Shown piece after piece: positions 38,976-46,639 of a stretch of DNA of 62,414 nucleotides. The stretch covers positions 1 through 62,414 of the forward strand of contig CAKZZR010000211.1 in NCBI GenBank assembly GCA_937885475.1, in the 5' to 3' direction. A model generated the notes under the pieces. It was not told where the DNA came from, searched no databases, and saw only the letters and a list, made by a program, of their open reading frames with translations. This stretch comes from an uncultured Treponema sp. (GTDB lineage Bacteria > Spirochaetota > Spirochaetia > Treponematales > Treponemataceae). Position numbers and translations under genes: made by a program. Position 1 is the stretch's first letter. Every line of letters begins with the position of its first letter.

Positions 38976-40196
38976 ATGAAAAAGACAAAATATTTGATGG
39001 CAATTTTTGTATGCCTGTCGCTTATAGGAACGGTTTCGTGCGGTAAAAAGAACGGCGCAAGCGGTCAGAAGGAAAAAGCATCGGCGGCTACAAAATCATC
39101 AAAGAACGCAAAGTATGCGACCGGGCTTGATACAATAAGTGTTTCTGGCGGGGAATTTGAAGCTCCTGTCTATGGCTGGAAATGCGACATCCGTGGTTGG
39201 AAAAAGAGGTCGGATGACAAGAGCCATACAGTTTCTGTAAAGAATTTTCAGATTGCTACAACAGAAACAACGTATGAAACCTGGTACGAAGTGCTGAAAT
39301 GGGCTACTGATGAAAAACGCGGCGACAATCGCTATCGTTTTATAAATTCAGGAAAAGAAGGCATGGAAGAAACAGAAGGAACTGTGCCTGACAAGAATAA
39401 GAATCATCCTGTAACAAGCATCTCTTGGGAAACTGCAATTGTATGGTGCAACGCACTTTCTGAGAAGGCAGGCTTTGAGCCAGTATATTACCTTGACGGA
39501 GCGGTATTGCGCGATGAGAAAAAACTGAACGCTATCCAAACCGGAGCAAACACCTGGGACAACAATACTACAGTGGAATCCACGGTAAATGGGCTTAAGG
39601 GCAATTTATCAGAAGAAAGCATCAAGAACGCAGCCTCAAAAGAAGTTCCAATATATGCAAAATTACGCATTGATGAAAGCAAGAACGGTTTCAGGCTTCC
39701 AACGGCTTACGAATGGGTGTATGCAGCTCGTGGCGGAAAACCTGATGGCTATGACTGGGACATGGACTATGCCGGAAGCGACACCGCAAGCGAAGTTGGC
39801 TGGTTCAATGAAGAATGCGGCTGGATGAAGGAAATTAATGATTTGAATGAATTCTCACCTGCGTACGGAACAAAGCCTGTAGCAAAGAAGAAAAAGAATT
39901 CCCTTGGTCTGTATGATATGAGCGGCAACGTAAAAGAATGGACGAACACATTGTTTTTCGACATAGGCGCAGATTACAGTTCCGGCAGCATTTATATGAG
40001 CGCGTATGTTGCAGGCGGAGAATGGAAAAGAGGTGCAGCCGATACTTATTCAAAAATCAGCCTGGAAAAATCATATTATGAAGTCGCAGGTGAATCATGG
40101 GGTGGCACATACTCATCTGTAAATGCGGAAGATTCTCGCATAGATACAAAGAAAGACAATACGATTGGTTTCAGAGTAGCGCGCACTGTAGAATAA
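38976..40196 (+). CDS. Lipoprotein with FGE-sulfatase (C-type lectin fold) domain
   Basis: Lipobox TVSC; HPV..ISW..A.VWCN, FRLPT..EW.YAARGG, NSLGLYDMSGNV.EW, IGFRVAR motifs. Confidence 0.9.
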   Translation: MKKTKYLMAIFVCLSLIGTVSCGKKNGASGQKEKASAATKSSKNAKYATGLDTISVSGGEFEAPVYGWKCDIRGWKKRSDDKSHTVSVKNFQIATTETTYETWYEVLKWATDEKRGDNRYRFINSGKEGMEETEGTVPDKNKNHPVTSISWETAIVWCNALSEKAGFEPVYYLDGAVLRDEKKLNAIQTGANTWDNNTTVESTVNGLKGNLSEESIKNAASKEVPIYAKLRIDESKNGFRLPTAYEWVYAARGGKPDGYDWDMDYAGSDTASEVGWFNEECGWMKEINDLNEFSPAYGTKPVAKKKKNSLGLYDMSGNVKEWTNTLFFDIGADYSSGSIYMSAYVAGGEWKRGAADTYSKISLEKSYYEVAGESWGGTYSSVNAEDSRIDTKKDNTIGFRVARTVE

Positions 40197-40367
40197 ATTC
40201 CCTCAAAAATTCCAAAAAATTTCAGTAATGCTGATTGATTGCTTAAAGCTTTAATCGGCATTGCTGAATGAAAAATCGAAATTCAGGTTATATCCCCAAA
40301 TAGTAAAGATTTTGCTTACTTTATCTTTTGATGGTTAAATTTAGTGTCCTTTGTGCTATAATGTCTT

Positions 40368-41072
40368 ATGCGCCAGAACATAATTCTTGTAGACGACCAT
40401 CCGCTTGTGCTGAAGGGAATCAAAAACTGGATAGAAACTCATTCGCATTTTGAGGTGCCGCTTATTGCACGCACCTTTGAAGAGTGCTCTGCGCTGGAGG
40501 AACGTTTTGGCTCTAATTTTAACGGGAGGGAGTACAACCGTATAGATAACCCCGCCCAAGGGCTGAATCCTTCAGATTTTGTTGCTATCGTGGATATTTC
40601 GTTTAAGCCGTCCGTTCCACCGGGGCTTCCTTCCGTGCATGAAGAAAACCAGGGCTTTGAGATTATCCGCAGTTTTACCGCGTTTGGCATTCCCTGCATT
40701 GCTTTTTCCAGCCACGACTCCGGCGGTTATGTTGAACGCGCGATGAGTGCGGAAATCGGTGCAAAGGGATTTGTGTCAAAAACTGCCGATGAGACTATTC
40801 TGCTTGCGGCAATCACATCTGTTTCAAACGGCGGAACTTACATTCAGGCGGAGCTTGTTACGGATTTTATTGAGGTGCGCGACATTGCCCAGACCTTTAC
40901 CGCAAAAGAAAAATCCGTTGCGGATGCCATTACGCTTTACAACACAAACGCGCAGGTTGCCGCCGCCCTTAACATCAGCGAAAAAACTGTTGTGAACTAC
41001 CTTACCATTTTGTACGACAAAGCCGGCGTGCAGAACAAAACGCAGTTCCTTGAAAAAATGGGACGGATATAA
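40368..41072 (+). CDS. NarL/LuxR-family response regulator
   Basis: ILVDDHP, IVDIS, GAKGFVSK; C-terminal TN.QVA..L.ISEKTV.NY. Confidence 0.9.
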   Translation: MRQNIILVDDHPLVLKGIKNWIETHSHFEVPLIARTFEECSALEERFGSNFNGREYNRIDNPAQGLNPSDFVAIVDISFKPSVPPGLPSVHEENQGFEIIRSFTAFGIPCIAFSSHDSGGYVERAMSAEIGAKGFVSKTADETILLAAITSVSNGGTYIQAELVTDFIEVRDIAQTFTAKEKSVADAITLYNTNAQVAAALNISEKTVVNYLTILYDKAGVQNKTQFLEKMGRI

Positions 41073-41086
41073 CGGACGGAAACATT

Positions 41087-41710
41087 ATGAAACGCTTTTT
41101 CAAAACCGCGCTGCTTTGCATAATACTGAACATCACGCTTTCATTGCTGAGCGGAGCCATTATGCCGTCAATTTTCTTAGATACCGTGTTCACCGTGGCA
41201 ATCACCTTTTATTGCGGACTTGTGCCGGGACTTGTTGTGGCAGCAACATACAATCCCATTATGACAGTGCTGCGTTCGCTTCTTGCAGGCGGAACTGGAA
41301 CGGCTAGCGGCGGCATTTTTTATTATGATTTTTTGTATGCACTTTGCGGCATTTTCATCGTGATTGTAACGTGGGCTTTTTCGCGCAACAAAAAGGAGTT
41401 TTATTTTTCAAAAAGCGTAACACTGCTTTACCTTTTGATTATCGCGTTTCTTTCCGCATTCATTTCAAGCTTTGCCGCAAGCGCGCTCGATGCCTTTGTT
41501 CGTCCGCTTTTCAAAACTCATTCCGATTTTTCCGCCGTGGACTATTTTGCGCTCGCATTCCAAAAGATGAAGTTCAATGCGTTCCTTTCCTACCTTCTGC
41601 CCCGAATCCCCATTACGATTCTTGACCGCCTGATTTCAACATTCGCAGGCTTTGGCATTTACCGCCTTGCAGAAAAATTTGAGCGCATGGTACAAGGAGG
41701 CAAAGAATGA
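41087..41710 (+). CDS. ECF S-component-like membrane protein
   Basis: About 5-6 TM helices; FLDTVFT.....G...G..VA and P...LDRLIS motifs. Confidence 0.6.
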   Translation: MKRFFKTALLCIILNITLSLLSGAIMPSIFLDTVFTVAITFYCGLVPGLVVAATYNPIMTVLRSLLAGGTGTASGGIFYYDFLYALCGIFIVIVTWAFSRNKKEFYFSKSVTLLYLLIIAFLSAFISSFAASALDAFVRPLFKTHSDFSAVDYFALAFQKMKFNAFLSYLLPRIPITILDRLISTFAGFGIYRLAEKFERMVQGGKE

Positions 41711-42668
41711 ACGATGCTGAGCTTGACACACTTCTTTCCGCAATAAGTCTTTATTCGTCATTCTTTCTTACGCTGATTGTGTTCAGCTTTGTGTGCTTTA
41801 TTGCGGTTCTGGTGGTGCTTATAAAAAACATCAAGTCGCGCAGGAACCTAAAGGAAAACCGCACGTTTTTGACCGAGACAATCCAGACGCAGGAAGAGGA
41901 GCGTAGCCGGATAAGCGGAGAGCTTCACGACAGCGTTTCGCAGAACATCAAGGCGCTGATTCTGATGCAAAAAGAGGCTCTAGAGCTTGCAGAAAAAACT
42001 TCTGACAAAATCCTGTGCGCAAAGCTGCAAAAAATCATAGAGGCGGAAAAGCAGAACCAAAAGGAGCTTAGAAGCATAATCCAGAACCTTGTGCTTCCAC
42101 CGCTCGAAAACGCACCGTTCAAAAATGTAATAAAGGACACGTGCGAGGCGTTCCAGGAACAGAGCGGAATTCCCTGCAAAGTTTTTATTGCCCCAGACGC
42201 GTCCATTGAAGCATTTAATATAGAAGAAAAGCACCATATCCTGCGCATAATTCAGGAAGCGCTGAACAATTCACGCGTTCATTCAGGCTGCACCGAAACA
42301 AGCGTGATTATCCGAAAGACTGCCACTACAGGCAATTTGCCCGATGCAAAAACTGGGGATTCCGGCGGACAGCAAAAGCTTGCCATAATGATTTTGACGA
42401 CGGAAAAGGTTTTACTGTGCCTGTGCAAAAGGCAGATTTCCGCGTGCGTACTGCCACCACCTCCGCCCACACTGCCACCCACAGCGTAAGCTCAAGCCAC
42501 CAGACCCCGCTCCATTTTGGCATGACCGGCATGGAAATGCGGGCAAAGCTTTTAGGCGGAACGCTCACAATCAGCAGCAGGCTAGATGCCGGAACGGAAG
42601 TGCGGCTGGACTTAGGCTTGGCTAAAATTCTGGCACTTTTATATTTTTTACATCTACGGCCTCAATAA
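41707..42668 (+). pseudogene. NarL-cognate (HisKA_3) sensor kinase, frameshifted at 42392-42395
   Basis: EEERSRISGELHDSVSQ and RIIQEALNN..H; adding one T to the T4 run restores IFDDGKGF and joins HFGMTGM..RA..LGG...GTEV. Confidence 0.8.
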
Positions 42669-44022
42669 TGTTTGACTTAGGTTTTTGCGGTAAAAATCCC
42701 AGATAATAAAGAGGATAAGTTGTAAAGCCTTCTCCACCGCCGATATTTGCATCGGCAATTTTTATGGCAGGGTGCGCTCCGTATTTTTTTGCATTGGCAA
42801 TGACAAATTTCATGCTGGTTGCACGGTTATTGGAAGCCTTACATTCAACAATGACAGCTTCCCCATTTTCTTCAAAAAGAAAGTCAAGTTCTGGCGAGCC
42901 GCTTGGGGCATGAAAATAATAAAGCTGTCTTCCTTCCTTTTCAAAAGCTGCGGCTACCATATTTTCTGCAATCGCACCTTTATATGCTCCCAAATCACCG
43001 TCCAGAATTTTTGCAGGAACATCATCACCTAATTGGGAAACCAACAATCCTGTGTCAGAAAAGAAAACCTTAAATTCCCTTGATATTTTTTCCGCTTCAA
43101 GTGGATAATAAATCTGTCTTGTGTTAAATGACCTTACGACAAGTCCTACATCCTCCAAATATTGAAGTCCGTCCGCTTTTTCCGGTGAATGACCTTTTAC
43201 ATCAACAAGGCTGTACTGAAATTTTTTGTATTCTTTTGAAAGCTGGGCAGGAAGGGAGTTCAAGCAGGCTTCGGCACGGAGCTTCAGAGTTTCATTTATT
43301 TTGTCCTTCCCATCTGAATCCTTATAGCGTCCAAAATCATCTTTTATTGAGTTTAAAATCTGCCGTTGAATTTCGCGAACCTGATTCAAGTCATGCGTGG
43401 CAAAAAAACAGTTCACTGCTTCCGGCATTCCACCCACAATCAGGTATTGAAGATAAAGTTTTCTCATGCTTTCGTGCACGGTCTGTTCTATCATGCTTTT
43501 TTCATTGATGGATTTCTGCACATATTCAAAAACCTTTTCATCCATGCCTGTGTTTATAAGAAACTCCCTGAAAGTCAGAGGATGCATTATCATCTGCTCC
43601 TCATAGCCAACAGGAATACCACGCGGATAAGGAGCGCGGAAGCCTTTTACCCCGAGGAAACTGCCCGTACAGATTACATCAAACCTGCCGTCAATATCCC
43701 AATATTTCAGCGAGCTTCTTGCATTGGCACAGTCCTGAATTTCATCCAGAATAAGAAGCGTGTTCTTTGGAATAAAACGAGCCTGCTTTTCCACAGCCGT
43801 AATTGAAAGAACCATCTGATTAACATCAAAATCGCCCTCAAAGGCTTTATGAACAGCGGTATTTTCCCTTAAATCCAGATAAATGCAGCTTTCATAAAAT
43901 TCTTTTCCGAATTGCTTGACAATATAAGTTTTTCCAATCTGGCGGAGTCCACGGATTACAAGCGGATGATGAGTCCTGTTTTTCCATTCAATCAATTCTT
44001 TCCAAATTCTTCTTTCAAGCAT
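42622..44022 (-). CDS. AAA-family ATPase with C-terminal DUF4143-type domain
   Basis: GLRQIGKT, LDEIQ, TGS, GGMP, D.GL, G...EN.V, ELDF, VECKA motifs. Confidence 0.9.
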   Translation of the reverse strand: MLERRIWKELIEWKNRTHHPLVIRGLRQIGKTYIVKQFGKEFYESCIYLDLRENTAVHKAFEGDFDVNQMVLSITAVEKQARFIPKNTLLILDEIQDCANARSSLKYWDIDGRFDVICTGSFLGVKGFRAPYPRGIPVGYEEQMIMHPLTFREFLINTGMDEKVFEYVQKSINEKSMIEQTVHESMRKLYLQYLIVGGMPEAVNCFFATHDLNQVREIQRQILNSIKDDFGRYKDSDGKDKINETLKLRAEACLNSLPAQLSKEYKKFQYSLVDVKGHSPEKADGLQYLEDVGLVVRSFNTRQIYYPLEAEKISREFKVFFSDTGLLVSQLGDDVPAKILDGDLGAYKGAIAENMVAAAFEKEGRQLYYFHAPSGSPELDFLFEENGEAVIVECKASNNRATSMKFVIANAKKYGAHPAIKIADANIGGGEGFTTYPLYYLGFLPQKPKSNIIEAVDVKNIKVPEF

Positions 44023-44042
44023 GGGTTAATTGTAATATATTT

Positions 44043-44099
44043 TTGTCATTTTTCAAAGGAATTTAAGGGTAATTCTTGTCATTTTTCAAAGGAATTTAA
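44043..44099. promoter_or_regulatory. Perfect 24-bp direct repeat in the ATPase promoter
   Basis: TTGTCATTTTTCAAAGGAATTTAA at 44043 and 44076 (33-bp period). Confidence 0.8.
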
Positions 44100-44168
44100 T
44101 GATGATTTTTATCTTTTTTAAGAGGAAAAGTGGAGAAAGTGTACCTGTCAAAAATTTTCCTCTAAGAC

Positions 44169-44208
44169 AAGCAATGGCAGAATACGGAATTATGTGCTGC
44201 CATTGCTT
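44169..44208. terminator. Hairpin downstream of asnB (probable terminator)
   Basis: AAGCAATGGCAG/CTGCCATTGCTT 12-bp stem. Confidence 0.5.
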
Positions 44209-44277
44209 CTTACTCGTCGTTATGCACTCTACGTTCGCTTGCGCTCACTACCGAGTTTTGATTTTGCAAAACTCGCT

Positions 44278-46170
44278 TTAGTTCTTATAAGCGTCATTAT
44301 GAACTCCTGATATTGCCCGTCCACTTGGCTCATCGGCATTTTTCCAGGCGGCATCCCATTCCAGGGCTTTTGCCGTTGAGCATGCGACTCCGGCTTCGTG
44401 CGGAACACAGCGGGCAGCGCTATCGCTTGGGAAAAGGCGGCTGTAGATTTCGCGGTAGTAGTATTCTTCCTTGGTTTTTGGCGGATTAACCGGGAAGCGG
44501 TTCTCGCGGCGGGCAAATTCCGCGTCGCTTACTTTCTCCTCGGTGATTTTTTTGAGGGTGTCTATCCAACTGTAGCCAACGCCGTCAGAAAACTGCTCCT
44601 TCTGCCGCCAGCAGATGCTTTCCGGAAGCAAATCCTCGAACGCCTTGCGCAAAATCCATTTTTCTATACGCTGTTTTTTTTCGGTGGTTGAGCCTGTCGA
44701 AACCACCATTGGGATATTCATCTTGTCGCTCGGGTTCAAGCCCATTGCAACGTCAATAAAATCCTTGTCCAAAAACGGAACGCGCCCCTCAACGCCCCAC
44801 GCCATAAGGCTCTTGTTTGCACGAAGACAGTCGTACAGGTGAAGCTTGCTCATCTTGCGCACAAGCTCTTCGTGGAATTCCCTGGCGTTCGGTGCCTTGT
44901 GAAAATACAGGTAGCCGCCAAAAAGCTCGTCGCTTCCCTCGCCGCTAAGAACCATCTTTATTCCCATAGATTTTATCACGCGTGCCAAAAGGTACATAGG
45001 CGTGCTTGCCCGCACCGTGGTAATGTCGTATGTCTCAATGTGGTAGATTACGTCCGGAAGCGCGTCCAACGCCTCCTGAATCGTAAAATGCACCTCGTGG
45101 TGAACCGTTCCTATATAGTCGGCCGCCTTTTTTGCCGCAATCAGGTCAGGCGAGCCTTCCAAGCCTACCGCAAAACTGTGCAGCTGAGGCCACCATGCGC
45201 TTTCCTTGCTGTCAGTCTCAACCCTTTTCTTGCTGAATTTCTGCGTGATTGCCGCGATTATCGACGAATCAAGCCCTCCCGAAAGCAGCACGCCGTACGG
45301 AACGTCGCTCATAAGCTGGCTTTTTACTGCTTCCTCCAAGCCGTTCCTGACCTTCTCTATGACGCTCGGGTTTATGACCTCGCCCTTGTCGTCCGTCGCG
45401 CGCGGCGCGGATTTTACGCTGTCAAAGCTTTCCCAGTTGCGATGATACCATTTTACAGTGGAAGGGGAAGTCTCCCCTTGCGGTCGCACTTCGTTGCGCC
45501 CTATCCCCTCTGCGGGCTCACTCGCCGCCCTGCGATGTTTGCCTAGCAAACTCGATTTCAACGCCTGCTCCGATTTCGCTCCTGAATACAAATAGCTTCC
45601 GTTCGGGAATTCCTCTATGGTCTGGCAGTCGCTCTCAAGCGCCTTAAGCTCGCTTGCAACGTAGTAGCGGCCGGCCTTGTCCCATCCTTGGTAAAGCGGA
45701 ATCACGCCGATTTCGTCGCGGGCAATCAGATAACAGTCGTTCTCGCTGTCGTAAAGAGCGAACGCAAAAATGCCTGAAAGCTCCTCTATCATTGCGGTAA
45801 AATCGCCGGTCGCGCGGTATTTTTTGTATAGCGGGATTATGACCTCGCAGTCGCTCCCCGTCTTGAACTGATATTTTCCGTCAAACTGGGCGCGCAAGGT
45901 CTTGTGGTTGTAAATCTCGCCGTTTGCTGCAAGGATGATTTTTCCGTCGTCGCTCACAAGCGGCTGCTTTCCGCTCAAAGGGTCAACTATGCTGAGCCTC
46001 TCGTGGCTAAGGATTGCGTTCTCGCCCGTGTAGACTCCGCTCCAGTCCGGCCCGCGGTGGCGGATCCTCTTACTCATCTCCAGAACCTGCGCCCTAAGCT
46101 CCTCCTTCAACCCTTCCGCAATCGGCTTACCCCCCGACGACAAATCAAAGCAACCTACGAATCCACACAT
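44278..46170 (-). CDS. asnB: Asparagine synthetase B (glutamine-hydrolysing)
   Basis: MCG N-terminus, HRGPD, NGEIYNH, LLSGGLDSS, SGEGSDE.FGGY, R.PFLD, RQKEQFSDGVG motifs. Confidence 0.98.
   Translation of the reverse strand: MCGFVGCFDLSSGGKPIAEGLKEELRAQVLEMSKRIRHRGPDWSGVYTGENAILSHERLSIVDPLSGKQPLVSDDGKIILAANGEIYNHKTLRAQFDGKYQFKTGSDCEVIIPLYKKYRATGDFTAMIEELSGIFAFALYDSENDCYLIARDEIGVIPLYQGWDKAGRYYVASELKALESDCQTIEEFPNGSYLYSGAKSEQALKSSLLGKHRRAASEPAEGIGRNEVRPQGETSPSTVKWYHRNWESFDSVKSAPRATDDKGEVINPSVIEKVRNGLEEAVKSQLMSDVPYGVLLSGGLDSSIIAAITQKFSKKRVETDSKESAWWPQLHSFAVGLEGSPDLIAAKKAADYIGTVHHEVHFTIQEALDALPDVIYHIETYDITTVRASTPMYLLARVIKSMGIKMVLSGEGSDELFGGYLYFHKAPNAREFHEELVRKMSKLHLYDCLRANKSLMAWGVEGRVPFLDKDFIDVAMGLNPSDKMNIPMVVSTGSTTEKKQRIEKWILRKAFEDLLPESICWRQKEQFSDGVGYSWIDTLKKITEEKVSDAEFARRENRFPVNPPKTKEEYYYREIYSRLFPSDSAARCVPHEAGVACSTAKALEWDAAWKNADEPSGRAISGVHNDAYKN
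44683..44707. repeat. Short palindrome in frame inside asnB (encodes VVSTGSTT)
   Basis: GGTGGTTGAGCCTGTCGAAACCACC; inverse copy of 24452-24475. Confidence 0.9.
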
Positions 46171-46180
46171 AATTACAATA

Positions 46181-46454
46181 GCAAAACCGTTAAGAAAAAT
46201 AATTTTCCGCAGAAAATTATTTTTTAGGTTTTACACACCTCCATTTCTAAGCGTTGATAGGAAACTCGTTAAAAAAATTGCAAGCAGTGCGCAGCAATTT
46301 TTAGAGTTTACTTTAGGTCAGAAAAAAAACGTTAAAAATTGGATTTTCCCACGGAAAAATCCAATTTAGGTTTTTACCTGCAATCGGCACCGTGGTTAAT
46401 AGGAGATTCGTTTAAAAAATTGCGAGCAGTGCGCAGCAATTTTTAGAATCTTCC
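46181..46454. repeat. Four tandem related hairpins in the asnB upstream region
   Basis: Units at about 46181-46234, 46260-46311, 46321-46378 and 46401-46454, each outer stem-CGTT-inner stem-loop-TAG-outer stem; units 2 and 4 share AAAAAATTGCRAGCAGTGCGCAGCAATTTTTAGA. Confidence 0.85.
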
Positions 46455-46484
46455 AATCTTAAACGTCTTCCGTAACCCCCATTC

Positions 46485-46546
46485 AAAAATAAAAAGGCGC
46501 CCGCCTAAAAGCACATGATATGCCCTTAGGCAGACGCCTTCGTCTG
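46485..46546 (-). terminator. Terminator/attenuator hairpin upstream of asnB with an overlapping alternative hairpin
   Basis: Minus-strand AAGGCGTCTGCCTAAGGGCA...TGCTTTTAGGCGGGCGCCTT followed by a T-rich tail; alternative CAGAC-GAAGGC-GTCTG. Confidence 0.7.
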
Positions 46547-46639
46547 ATGTCTATGTTATAAAATAATTATGCGTTTTGGTCAATGGGCGCGCACAAGAGC
46601 TGCCAAACAATATCCCACAGCCACGCAAGCTGCGCCTCA

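Noticed and set aside
34468..40196. Complete diversity-generating retroelement
   Set aside because: No reverse transcriptase and no template repeat matching either FGE 3' end in the window.
46181..46454. CRISPR array
   Set aside because: Units share structure rather than sequence, spacing is irregular, and no cas genes are present.
46590..46606. Sigma-54 promoter for asnB (TGGCAG-N5-GTGC on the minus strand)
   Set aside because: GG-N10-GC spacing fits, but the -12 box is imperfect and a sigma-70-like promoter lies just downstream.
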